Virus record (IMG/VR): IMGVR_UViG_3300013126_002137
Coordinates: 1 to 53,421 of that record
Length of the DNA: 53,421 nt
Source of the DNA: a virus
Lineage: Duplodnaviria > Caudoviricetes
Reading direction: 5' to 3' (one strand)
The position numbers and the translations under genes were made by a program. Positions 26,341 through 35,889 of this stretch are shown here, piece by piece (the stretch's first letter is position 1; every line of letters starts with the position of its first letter). The notes beneath the pieces were generated by a model. The model ran no database searches and was not told the origin of the DNA. It saw only the letters and a list, made by a program, of their open reading frames with translations.

Positions 26341-26735
26341 TGAAAAAGAAATTTAAAACGTTTACTCCACTTACTAGTATTAGAAAAAAAGAACTTACTA
26401 AGTTGTTTAAATCTAAAATAGAATTATATGAGTGGCAACATCCAATTAGATGGTGTCATAAATATAAAATAACGAAAGAAGAGTGTAAGTTATGGTTGGC
26501 AGAACTAGTTGCCAATCATGCTAAAACACCTAAAAACACATTAGATTATGCACAATATTGTTTAGGTGCGTGGGGTAAACATTTTGAATTGACCAATGAA
26601 CAATTTGATAACATAAAAAATTGTGTTAATAACGGAGATGATGCTAAACAAATAGCATTCAATATTTTAAACACTGTTAAATTTGACCAAATAGAATTAA
26701 TTAGTGTTGATGAACATTATTTCTTGGAAAAATAG
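26340..26735 (+). CDS. Hypothetical protein
   Basis: TAATG-coupled ORF. Confidence 0.7.
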   Translation: MKKKFKTFTPLTSIRKKELTKLFKSKIELYEWQHPIRWCHKYKITKEECKLWLAELVANHAKTPKNTLDYAQYCLGAWGKHFELTNEQFDNIKNCVNNGDDAKQIAFNILNTVKFDQIELISVDEHYFLEK

Positions 26736-26777
26736 TTTTTTATTACTACATTTGTAGCATAACTTAAAAAATATAAC

Positions 26778-27164
26778 ATGGAAGATAATAAATTTGAAAT
26801 TTTTAAAGAAGTATTTGGCGAGATTGCTAAATCACATTTTAATGCGTGTGAATCTTTTATGAATAACTTAAAAGAGTGTGAAGACAATAGTGATATTGCA
26901 CAACTTATGTATAGATATTCTGATGATATCGCTGAAAAATTAGATGCTTACTCCGATGATGTCAATGAGTTAGAAAGAAAAATAGATGAGTTAGAAAGAA
27001 AAATAGATGATTTAGAAGATGAACTTTCTGACTTAGAAGCACAGTTATTAGAAGCTAAAGAACCATTTGGTGAAACATTACATGACGATATGAAGTTAAC
27101 TCTGTTTTTACAACATGTTCATAAGTTCACACCATGGGAATTAGAAGAAATTTTAACTAAATGA
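26778..27164 (+). CDS. Coiled-coil hypothetical protein
   Basis: After promoter 26747; heptad repeats. Confidence 0.75.
   Translation: MEDNKFEIFKEVFGEIAKSHFNACESFMNNLKECEDNSDIAQLMYRYSDDIAEKLDAYSDDVNELERKIDELERKIDDLEDELSDLEAQLLEAKEPFGETLHDDMKLTLFLQHVHKFTPWELEEILTK
26965..27010 (+). repeat. 21-bp tandem duplication (one heptad, ELERKID)
   Basis: ATGAGTTAGAAAGAAAAATAG x2 plus ATGA. Confidence 0.9.
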
Positions 27165-27165
27165 T

Positions 27166-27588
27166 ATGGAAAATGGGATTATAATCGGGGTGGATTTTGA
27201 TGGTACGTGTGTTACACATGATTACCCTAGAGTTGGGTTAGATATTGGTGCGGTACCAATACTTAAAAGATTAACAGATAATGGTCATCAGCTTATGTTA
27301 TGGACTATGCGTGGTACTAAACCACACACTGATGGTACAGATACATTGGGTGATGCTGTTAAATGGTTTGCTGATAATGACATTCCGTTGTGGGGTATAA
27401 ATGAAAATCCAGAACAACAAGCAGCTGGATGGAGTAATAGTAATAAACAATATGCGAATTTGTTTATTGATGATACAGCATTGGGTTGTCCATTGATTTT
27501 TGATGTTAAAAAATCACATAAACCATTTGTAGATTGGATAATAGTTGAAGAATATTTGGTAAATAGAGGTTTAATATGTGTAAAATAA
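27166..27588 (+). CDS. HAD phosphatase (BT0820-like)
   Basis: VDFDGT, LWTMR, INENP, FIDD. Confidence 0.85.
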   Translation: MENGIIIGVDFDGTCVTHDYPRVGLDIGAVPILKRLTDNGHQLMLWTMRGTKPHTDGTDTLGDAVKWFADNDIPLWGINENPEQQAAGWSNSNKQYANLFIDDTALGCPLIFDVKKSHKPFVDWIIVEEYLVNRGLICVK

Positions 27589-28598
27589 TAGCTGCTGGTG
27601 TATTTATTGTTAATAGAAACAATAAATTATTGATTTGTCACCCAACAAATCATAAACCAAATACATGGAGTATTCCAAAAGGTAAGGTTGAAGCTATGGA
27701 ATCATATAAAGATGCTTGTGTGAGGGAAACATTTGAAGAAACAAACATTGATTTATCTGATTACAAAGATAAATTAATTATGTTGGATAGTGTAAACTAT
27801 TCACATAAAAGAAAAATGCTCATTCCTTTTGTATTATTTGAGAATGATTGTGAATTATTAAATTTATCTTTGATAACAATACAATGTAATTCAAATGTAC
27901 CAGAAGATAGAGGTGGTTTTCTAGAGATGGATGATTATAAATGGGTGACAATTGAGGAGGCTAAAGAATTATTACATGAAACACAAGTTGCATGTTTAGA
28001 TAAAGTTAAACGATTATCTTCAAGGAAAGCAGCACAACTAGAAGAAGAATTATTATTAGAAAGGTATCTTAATGGTGATAATACAGCCTTTAGCCCTCTA
28101 TATTATAGGTATAGAGGATTAGTTTTATTTCATTTGAATAAAAGTTTTAGTTATTTAAGTAATGAAGATATTGAGGATTTGGCTATTGATTTTTTAGGTA
28201 GAATAAGTGGTAGACTAAATTTGTATGATAAAGAAAAAAGTTTATTTAGGACTTGGATGACTAAATGTATTTTGCATTTCATAACAGAACATAAAAATAA
28301 AAAATCAACAAGAGAAAAAGATATTACGGATTCAATAACAACATATAATTCTGATAATGAATATTATGATATGTATATGATTTCAGATGATGATACATTA
28401 AAAAATGTGAGTTATCTTAATATAATTAAATTAATAAAAGAAAGATTATGTGATGATGATTGGAAAATATTTGAATTGCATTTTTTACAAGGATACAACC
28501 AAGCTGAAACTGGTAAACGATTAGGGTTAAGAGAAGATACTATGTGGTTTAGAATAAAAAGAATTAGAAAAAGGTTAGATGGGTTACAAAATTTATAA
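27576..28598 (+). CDS. Nudix hydrolase fused to an ECF-like sigma factor
   Basis: Nudix box GKVEAMESYKDACVRETFEETNI; sigma region 2 (GDNTAFSPLY...IEDL...FRTWM) and region 4 (GYNQAETGKRLGLREDTMWFRIKRIRKRL). Confidence 0.8.
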   Translation: MCKIIAAGVFIVNRNNKLLICHPTNHKPNTWSIPKGKVEAMESYKDACVRETFEETNIDLSDYKDKLIMLDSVNYSHKRKMLIPFVLFENDCELLNLSLITIQCNSNVPEDRGGFLEMDDYKWVTIEEAKELLHETQVACLDKVKRLSSRKAAQLEEELLLERYLNGDNTAFSPLYYRYRGLVLFHLNKSFSYLSNEDIEDLAIDFLGRISGRLNLYDKEKSLFRTWMTKCILHFITEHKNKKSTREKDITDSITTYNSDNEYYDMYMISDDDTLKNVSYLNIIKLIKERLCDDDWKIFELHFLQGYNQAETGKRLGLREDTMWFRIKRIRKRLDGLQNL

Positions 28599-28606
28599 TT
28601 AATTTA

Positions 28607-28828
28607 ATGATGATGAGATTAGATTTACATGGGGTAAAACACCACGAAGTTTGCAGACGAGTTGATGAGTTTATTTGGGAAACTATGCAGAAGAAAAAAA
28701 CACAAGCCCTTATTATAACTGGCAAATCAAGACCTATGAAGGAGTTAGTAAAGGAATGTTTAAAAGATTACGATGCTAAATGTTTTGATTTGTTTGATGG
28801 TGGGAGTTTAGTTGTTGATTTATTTTAA
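28607..28828 (+). CDS. Stand-alone Smr domain protein
   Basis: LDLHG...IITGKS. Confidence 0.8.
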   Translation: MMMRLDLHGVKHHEVCRRVDEFIWETMQKKKTQALIITGKSRPMKELVKECLKDYDAKCFDLFDGGSLVVDLF

Positions 28829-28891
28829 AAATAAATTTGCGAATTAAAAAAATAGTTAGTACATTTGTAGTATAAATTAAAAATAAAATAA

Positions 28892-30145
28892 ATGAGTGAT
28901 GTAAAAAAAGTATGGAATGAAGACGGTAGTAGATTATACCTTTCATTTCCATCACAAGAGTTTGACCTTTTAGATGCTGGTTCTGTTTATAGCGTTGGTG
29001 TTGACGAAATGGGTCATTTCTTCTTAACAAAGAAAAGTGAAGGTTATAAATTTGATTACAAACTATATGGTTTGGAAACAGATTTCATTAACCGAGTGGT
29101 TAAAACATACAGTAAAACACAAGGCAACTTGGGTATTTTATTGAATGGTATCAAAGGTACTGGTAAAACAGTGAGTTCAAAATTGATTGCAACTAAAATC
29201 AATTTACCAATTATCGTTGTTGATAGAAAAATGGATGGTGTTCACACTTTCTTAAACACTATCACACAAGACATCACTATTTTTATTGATGAGTATGAAA
29301 AAGTATATGGTGATTCAGCTCAAATGTTGACTATCATGGATGGTGCGTTGAACTCAACATACAGACGTTTGTTTTTATTAACAACTAACGAGTTATATGT
29401 TGATAGAAACATCATTGAACGCCCAAGTCGTGTACGTTACTTGAAAATGTTTGGTAATCTTAAACCAGATGTGGTTGAAGAAATTGTTGATGATATCTTA
29501 GAATACCCACAATTCAAAAAAGAATGTATTACATTCATTTCTAGTCTTGAAACTATCACTATTGATATTGTAAAAGCAGTGTTGAATGAAGTTAACATTC
29601 ATGAAGAAGCTCCATCTGCATTTGAAAGCGTATTTAACGTTAAGAAAATCAAAGGTAGTTACAACGTTAACCTTGTTGAAGATGGTCAGTTAAGTAAGTT
29701 GGCTAAAAACGTTAGAGTTTATCCAAAACCAACTTACAACGATGATTCAATCGGTTACCACTTTGAAATTGATGGTCAATCAATTGGTATGGTTACTAGA
29801 ATCATAAACTGGACAACTGTTGAGGTTTCGCCTTACACTGACAAGAGAGGTAAACAAATCGGTTTTGATGAACCAATTATCTTGAAAGTAGAAGATGCTG
29901 ACACTGTGAACTACGCATACAGCTATGGCTCATACGATGAGTTTGGTCTTCCAACAAATACCTCAGCTATTTCAACTACAAAAGAGGTTTCACCAATTGC
30001 TAATAAAATAATTCAAGCGTTTGAAAAATCGGAGGAAGAAGATGGGGCTGAAATAGATGGGAGTATTGAAGATGAAGTTGTAGTTTCAGAAACTACAACT
30101 TCATCTATTGATTTACAACTAATATATAAAAAAATTGGTGGGTAA
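28892..30145 (+). CDS. AAA+ ATPase
   Basis: GIKGTGKT, IFIDEYEK, TTN, RPSR. Confidence 0.9.
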   Translation: MSDVKKVWNEDGSRLYLSFPSQEFDLLDAGSVYSVGVDEMGHFFLTKKSEGYKFDYKLYGLETDFINRVVKTYSKTQGNLGILLNGIKGTGKTVSSKLIATKINLPIIVVDRKMDGVHTFLNTITQDITIFIDEYEKVYGDSAQMLTIMDGALNSTYRRLFLLTTNELYVDRNIIERPSRVRYLKMFGNLKPDVVEEIVDDILEYPQFKKECITFISSLETITIDIVKAVLNEVNIHEEAPSAFESVFNVKKIKGSYNVNLVEDGQLSKLAKNVRVYPKPTYNDDSIGYHFEIDGQSIGMVTRIINWTTVEVSPYTDKRGKQIGFDEPIILKVEDADTVNYAYSYGSYDEFGLPTNTSAISTTKEVSPIANKIIQAFEKSEEEDGAEIDGSIEDEVVVSETTTSSIDLQLIYKKIGG

Positions 30146-30152
30146 CAATAAA

Positions 30153-30176
30153 ATAAGGGGTTATATGACCCCTTAT
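30153..30176 (+). terminator. Hairpin, possible terminator
   Basis: ATAAGGGGTTA/TGACCCCTTAT; weak T tail. Confidence 0.55.
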
Positions 30177-30193
30177 ATTATTAAAAATTAAAA

Positions 30194-30658
30194 ATGAAAG
30201 CTATTGAAATAAAAGCACCTAATCCAACTCCAACTAAAATATTTTTGGCTGGTAGTATTGAGATGGGTAATGCCGAGGACTGGCAAACAAAAATTGTTGA
30301 GTCATTTAAAGATAAACCATATATATTTTTAAACCCTAGACGTGATGATTGGGATAGTTCATGGGAGCAAGTGATTACAAATCCACAGTTTAAAGAACAA
30401 GTAACTTGGGAATTAAACTCATTGGATTCAGCTGACGTAATTATTATGTACTTTGACCCTAATACAAAAAGTCCAATATCATTATTGGAATTAGGTTTAC
30501 ACGCTAATTCAAAAAAGATGATTGTTTGTTGCCCAAAAGGATTCTGGAGAAAAGGTAATGTAGAAATTGTTTGTGATAGATATAATATACCATGTGTAAG
30601 TGATATCGATTCATTAATAGTAAATTGGGATTATTTAATTTGGAAATTAAATGGCTAA
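30194..30658 (+). CDS. Nucleoside 2-deoxyribosyltransferase-like protein
   Basis: IFLAGSI...DWQ...NPRR...QVTWE...SPISLLELG. Confidence 0.85.
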   Translation: MKAIEIKAPNPTPTKIFLAGSIEMGNAEDWQTKIVESFKDKPYIFLNPRRDDWDSSWEQVITNPQFKEQVTWELNSLDSADVIIMYFDPNTKSPISLLELGLHANSKKMIVCCPKGFWRKGNVEIVCDRYNIPCVSDIDSLIVNWDYLIWKLNG

Positions 30659-31148
30659 TAAAAAAAGAGAACATAAACTTAACGATGAAATCATCGCAAG
30701 AGTTGTAAGGGTTGATGGACAAATCATAACCATTCAAGAAGCACTACGTAAAGCAGAAGACTCTGAAATGGATTTGGTTCTTATTAACGATAATGTTGAC
30801 CCTAAAATTTGTCGCATATTAAACTACGAAAAGTTTTTGTATGAACAAAAAAGAAAAGGTAAAGATAAACCTAAAGCATTAGAGGTTAAAGAAATAAAAC
30901 TTGGACCAAATACGTCTGAAAATGATTTATCTTATCGTTCAAAACACATTGTTGAGTTTTTAAACAAAGGTCACAAAGTTAAATTGACAATGCAATTTAG
31001 AGGTCGTGAAAAGGTCTTTGTTTCTAACGGTGAACTACTTATGTTAAAACTTATAGATTCAATATCTGACCACGGTTTACCAGAAACAATGCCAAAGATG
31101 GAAGGTAAAAAAATGCAGTGTCTTTTAAAACCAAAAGCTAAGAAATAA
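30651..31148 (+). CDS. infC: Translation initiation factor IF-3
   Basis: LNDEI...MDLVLI...CRILNYEKFLYEQK...KEIKL...GHKVKLTMQFRGRE. Confidence 0.95.
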   Translation: MANKKREHKLNDEIIARVVRVDGQIITIQEALRKAEDSEMDLVLINDNVDPKICRILNYEKFLYEQKRKGKDKPKALEVKEIKLGPNTSENDLSYRSKHIVEFLNKGHKVKLTMQFRGREKVFVSNGELLMLKLIDSISDHGLPETMPKMEGKKMQCLLKPKAKK

Positions 31149-31187
31149 GACTTTACCTTTAGGGGGAAAATCCTTATTGTTGTACAT

Positions 31188-31577
31188 ATGGAAAAATTTG
31201 TACAACAATATCTCTCAACATACTATTATATCAAAACCAGCGAAATTGGTAATGATGGAATATACTATGTTAACGATGATAGAAGGATACCAACACCACA
31301 TAGCGGTAGCAAACTCATCAAAGAGATTGTTACCGTTTTTGGTTTAGAAGATACTGATGATAGTGTAAAAATTATTATCAATACTTGGGCTGCTACAATA
31401 AAACGAGATGTTGATTTGGAGTTTTATTGGAAAACAATGGATGACTTATTTGGTTTTCCAATTGCACAACAAATAGCAGCACAAACAATTGGAATGGATT
31501 TGGTTGCTGTACAACCAATGAATGGGCCTAGAGGTGAATTGTCATATATTACTTATCAATACGGTAATAATTTATAG
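31188..31577 (+). CDS. Hypothetical protein with C-terminal Gp23 capsid (Gol-like) motif
   Basis: FPIAQQIAAQTIGMDLVAVQPMNGPRGEL. Confidence 0.7.
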   Translation: MEKFVQQYLSTYYYIKTSEIGNDGIYYVNDDRRIPTPHSGSKLIKEIVTVFGLEDTDDSVKIIINTWAATIKRDVDLEFYWKTMDDLFGFPIAQQIAAQTIGMDLVAVQPMNGPRGELSYITYQYGNNL

Positions 31578-31641
31578 TAGAAAATTTGGATAATAAAAAA
31601 AGTTTTATGTACATTTGCAAATATTTACTAATATAAACGTT

Positions 31642-31971
31642 ATGTATATGTTTAAAAGTAGGAAAAGTAAATTAAAAGGGTTTTTAGAATATAAATTTGA
31701 TGATAAATTAAATGATAAAGACATCGATGAAATATTAAGGGTTTTTGATGTGTATCAAAAAGACAATTTGGATACAATAGAAAAATTAAAACGAGATAAA
31801 GTTTACGAAACAAAAAGAATTAGTGGTGCATTAAAAATGTGTATAAATGCACATGGACCAATTACTCACAAATTCATTGGTTCAGCAACCAAAAGAATTT
31901 ATGGTTCATTGTTGAACAACAAAAAAGAGAATATTATAATAAGATTATTTAAAAAAATATGGGGGAAATAA
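31642..31971 (+). CDS. Hypothetical protein
   Basis: After promoter 31610. Confidence 0.7.
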   Translation: MYMFKSRKSKLKGFLEYKFDDKLNDKDIDEILRVFDVYQKDNLDTIEKLKRDKVYETKRISGALKMCINAHGPITHKFIGSATKRIYGSLLNNKKENIIIRLFKKIWGK

Positions 31972-31997
31972 CAAAACTAGCAGTTAAAATTAAATAA
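31959..31997 (+). pseudogene. 5' stub of the HAD gene at 32751
   Basis: MGEITKLAV-KIK-stop resembles MEEIKKITKLAIWD; short match. Confidence 0.6.
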
Positions 31998-32039
31998 TAT
32001 TTTTCGGAGTTTTTTCGTAGTTTTAATATATTTATTAGT

Positions 32040-32192
32040 ATGGGGCGTAAAAAAAAATATGATACAGAAGAAGAACGATTAGAAGCTCAAAGACGTTGGA
32101 ATATGGAATATTATGCCCGTAATAAAGATAAAATAAAAGAAAAAAATCTTAATAGATATTATGGAAAACGAGATAAAAACCAAGAAATGTAG
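32040..32192 (+). CDS. Small basic protein upstream of the HNH gene (50 aa)
   Basis: MGRKKKYDTEEERLEAQRRWNMEYYARNK...; ATG 4 nt after TATTTAT; not in the ORF track. Confidence 0.65.
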   Translation: MGRKKKYDTEEERLEAQRRWNMEYYARNKDKIKEKNLNRYYGKRDKNQEM

Positions 32193-32748
32193 TAAATGTC
32201 AAAACTTAAAATCTACAGATGAATTTGGTGTTGATGCTAAAATGAAAGATGGGTTGAAACGTTATTGTAAAGTTTGTAGAAAAAATGAATTTGATAAAGA
32301 AAAAGATAAAAAACGAAAACAAGATTGGTATTTAAAAAATAAAGAATTAACAATTAATAGGAGTTGTGTTCGTCAAATTGAAAAAAGAGTTGAACGTAGT
32401 AAATATTTAAAAGAATATTATAAAAAGAACCCACATATCTATAGTTGGAGAAGTTTAGTTTATCGTACTTTAAATGGTAAAATTAAAGATTCTTCAACAA
32501 TTGAATTGTTAGGATACGGGTACAAAGAATTAAAAGAACATATAACATCATTATTCACTGATGGGATGTCATGGGAAAATTATGGTGAATGGCATATAGA
32601 CCATGTTAAACCATTATCATCATTCGATGACAATACACCAATACATATTGTAAACGCATTAAGTAATTTACAACCGTTATGGGCTACTACAAGGGAAATA
32701 AATGGTGTTATTTATGAGGGTAATTTAAACAAATTAAATTTTTATTAA
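32161..32748 (+). mobile_element. Free-standing HNH/EndoVII-like homing endonuclease
   Basis: CSKC...CKVC; GMSWENYGEWHIDHVKP...NLQPLW. Confidence 0.88.
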
Positions 32749-32750
32749 AA

Positions 32751-33281
32751 ATGGAAGAAATTAAAAAGATTACAAAGTTAGCGATTTGGGATTTTGATGG
32801 CACTCTTGTTGACACGCCACTACCAGAATTTGGTAAAAAAGAATACAAAGAAAAGACTGGAAAAGATTGGCCTTTTCCTGGATGGTGGGGTCAACCGTTA
32901 AGTTTAAACATGGACATCTTTGATATGCCAACAGTACCTATGGTAATGTCAGCGTATAGAAAAGAGAAAACAAGTCCAAATACTGGTATGATTATGCTTA
33001 CTGGTAGGATGATTAAATTGGGTGATAAAGTTAAAGATATTTTGGATGCTAAAGGTTTGAAATTTGATGAGTATCATTACAATAACGGTGGTAGCACCGA
33101 TGTTGCTAAACTAAGAACTCTTGATGGTTTGTTAAACAAATACCCAAATGTTACGACAGTTGAAATGTGGGATGACCGTGATGAACATTTACCTATCTTC
33201 CAAGAATGGGGAGATAAAAAAGTGGAGCAAGGTCGATTATCAGATTTTAAGATTAATCATGTACCACAAGATAGACATTGA
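32751..33281 (+). CDS. HAD phosphatase (Swiss-Army-knife RNA-repair type)
   Basis: WDFDGTLVDTP, GWW, LTGR, MWDDR. Confidence 0.85.
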   Translation: MEEIKKITKLAIWDFDGTLVDTPLPEFGKKEYKEKTGKDWPFPGWWGQPLSLNMDIFDMPTVPMVMSAYRKEKTSPNTGMIMLTGRMIKLGDKVKDILDAKGLKFDEYHYNNGGSTDVAKLRTLDGLLNKYPNVTTVEMWDDRDEHLPIFQEWGDKKVEQGRLSDFKINHVPQDRH

Positions 33282-33286
33282 TAATG

Positions 33287-33313
33287 AACCCACTAAAAAA
33301 TAGTGGGTTTTTT
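33287..33313 (+). terminator. Intrinsic terminator
   Basis: AACCCACTA-AAAAA-TAGTGGGTT plus T run. Confidence 0.85.
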
Positions 33314-33367
33314 ATTTGGAAATAAAAAGATTTATTTGTACATTTGTAATAATTAATAATAAGTGTT

Positions 33368-33895
33368 GTGTTAAATAAAAAATTAAAAACGGCATTAGTT
33401 GAAAATTTATCATCTAAAAACGTTGACTCTTTGATTTGTTTTATGGAAAATACTGGTATAAAGTATTATATGGCAGATTTGAGAGGTCCATTAGCATTGG
33501 CAACTTTTTATGGTGTTTATATAGATATTGATAATATCAAAAGCAAAGGTGTTAGTAGTATGTTAATGTATTTTGTTATATTACATGAGACAGCACACAT
33601 GAAAAGAATTAAAAAATTAGGTAAAAAAGAAATATTAAAGCAGTTATCTCTTAACAATTTTGATGACTTTTTTAACCACGTTTTAAATGAAGAATTGATT
33701 GCTGATAGATACGGATGCTACATGTATTACAATCTAACCAAAAATGTGTATCCAAAATCGATGACACAAAACTTGCATATAAAAGAAGTAGCTGATAGGT
33801 ATAAGTCAACCGCTAGAGCTTTATATGGTCAAATAGATAATGATGAAAAAAAATACAAAGAACTTGTTAACAAGTTTATAATGAAAAAATATTAG
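33368..33895 (+). CDS. Putative zinc metallopeptidase
   Basis: ILHETAH and downstream EELIAD. Confidence 0.65.
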   Translation: MLNKKLKTALVENLSSKNVDSLICFMENTGIKYYMADLRGPLALATFYGVYIDIDNIKSKGVSSMLMYFVILHETAHMKRIKKLGKKEILKQLSLNNFDDFFNHVLNEELIADRYGCYMYYNLTKNVYPKSMTQNLHIKEVADRYKSTARALYGQIDNDEKKYKELVNKFIMKKY

Positions 33896-33896
33896 A

Positions 33897-35846
33897 ATGA
33901 TAAAAATAGGAGATATATTAGAGGGGAAAGTAAGTATGAACGCAAGTGGTTCGGCTTATTTAGTTAGTCCAGACTTGCCAAAAGACATTTATTTACACAA
34001 GTCTAAAACAAACAAAGCGTTACACTTAGATACTGTTAGAATAAAGGTAATTCCAGGCCAAGGCCGCTCAATGGAAGGTGAAGTTATAGAAATAGTTGAA
34101 AGATTTAGAACAGAATTTGTCGGAACTATTCAAATAAGTGAAAAGTTTGCTTTCTTTATTCCAGACTCAAATAAGTTAGTGGTTGATTTCTTTATCCCAC
34201 TAGGTAAAATGTTGGGTGCAACACATGGACAAAAAGTTGTTGCTCGTCTTACTGAATGGAAAGACAAAGCTAAAAACCCTAATGGTGAGATTGTTAGAGT
34301 AATTGGTAATTCTGGAGAACACGAAACAGAAATCCATTCAATTTTAGAAGAATATGGTTTACCTTATGATTTTCCAGATGATGTAATTGCTGAAGCTGAA
34401 GCGATATCAGAAGACATTCCACAATCAGAAATAGACAAACGCAGAGATATGCGTGATGTACTTACATTTACTATTGACCCACACGATGCAAAAGACTTTG
34501 ATGATGCATTGAGTGTTCAATGGGTTAACGGTGTGTTGGAAGTTGGTGTTCACATTGCTGATGTGTCACATTATATGCGACCAGACACAGAGCTGGATAG
34601 AGAAGCGTTTGCTAGAGGTACGAGTGTTTACCTAGTAGATAGATGTGTCGCAATGATACCAGAGAAGCTTTCTAACGGACTTTGTTCACTAAGACCACAC
34701 GAAGATAAGCTTTGCTTTTCAGTGGTGTTTAAAATCGACCAAAATGGCCATGTAATGGATGAATGGTTTGGTAGAACTGTAATACATTCTGACCATAGAT
34801 TTACATATGAAGAAGCACAATATGTGATTGAAAACCCTAATGTAATAAAAAAACCTAGAAGTATTGGCCCAAGCACAATTATTGACAAAGAGAATTTATG
34901 TGGTCAAGCTATTATTACTTTAGACAAATATGCTAAGAAAATGCGTAAGGTTAGGTTTAGTAAAGGTTCTATATCATTTGATAAACATGAAGTTAGATTC
35001 AAATTAGATGAGAACAACAAACCAGTAGATATCATATTCAAAGTGGGTAAGGATTCCAACAAACTTATTGAAGAATATATGTTATTGGCTAACAGACACG
35101 TTGCTCAGTTCATTAACCAAAAAGGTTTACCAATGGTTAACAGAGCTCATGATAAACCAGATGAAACTAAATTAGAAAGTCTTAAAGATTTCATCCATCA
35201 ATTTGGTTATGATATCAAAATAGATACACCAGAAGAAACAACAAGAACTTTGAATAAGTTGTTACGTGATGTTAGAGGGACTAACGAAGAAGATATGATT
35301 ACTAACTTGGTAGTTAGAACTATGCAGAAAGCTGATTATCGCACAAAGAACATAGGTCATTACGGTTTAGGTTTTAAACATTATACTCACTTTACAAGTC
35401 CAATCAGACGTTATCCAGATGTTATCATTCATAGATTGTTAGCGTTGTATTTAGATGACACCAGAAAGACTAACCCTAATATAGGTAAGTTAGATGCTAA
35501 ATGTGTTCACCTATCTGAAAGAGAAAAGAAAGCACAAAAAGCTGAAAGAGATAGTATCAAGTTCATGCAATGTGTTTATATGTCTGACAAGATAGGTAAA
35601 GTTTACAAAGGTATGGTTACTAGTGTAACTGAATATGGTGTCTTTATCACTATTGAGGAAAATGGTTGTGATTGTTTAATAAAATTAGCTAACATAAACG
35701 GAACTTGGATATCCGATGTTGAAAATTATAGACTGAAAGAACATAACACTGGAAGAATAATTCGTTTAGGTGATGAGGTTCATGTTGTCGTAACATCAGT
35801 TGACATAGAGAAAAAGAACATAAACCTTAATTTAATTAGCTTGTAG
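33897..35846 (+). CDS. rnr: Ribonuclease R
   Basis: TIDPHDAKDFDDA, HIADV, EEYMLLAN, HFTSPIRRYPD, C-terminal S1. Confidence 0.96.
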   Translation: MIKIGDILEGKVSMNASGSAYLVSPDLPKDIYLHKSKTNKALHLDTVRIKVIPGQGRSMEGEVIEIVERFRTEFVGTIQISEKFAFFIPDSNKLVVDFFIPLGKMLGATHGQKVVARLTEWKDKAKNPNGEIVRVIGNSGEHETEIHSILEEYGLPYDFPDDVIAEAEAISEDIPQSEIDKRRDMRDVLTFTIDPHDAKDFDDALSVQWVNGVLEVGVHIADVSHYMRPDTELDREAFARGTSVYLVDRCVAMIPEKLSNGLCSLRPHEDKLCFSVVFKIDQNGHVMDEWFGRTVIHSDHRFTYEEAQYVIENPNVIKKPRSIGPSTIIDKENLCGQAIITLDKYAKKMRKVRFSKGSISFDKHEVRFKLDENNKPVDIIFKVGKDSNKLIEEYMLLANRHVAQFINQKGLPMVNRAHDKPDETKLESLKDFIHQFGYDIKIDTPEETTRTLNKLLRDVRGTNEEDMITNLVVRTMQKADYRTKNIGHYGLGFKHYTHFTSPIRRYPDVIIHRLLALYLDDTRKTNPNIGKLDAKCVHLSEREKKAQKAERDSIKFMQCVYMSDKIGKVYKGMVTSVTEYGVFITIEENGCDCLIKLANINGTWISDVENYRLKEHNTGRIIRLGDEVHVVVTSVDIEKKNINLNLISL

Positions 35847-35889
35847 ACTTTATTTTCTAAAAATAAATTAGTATATTTGTAAAAAAGTT

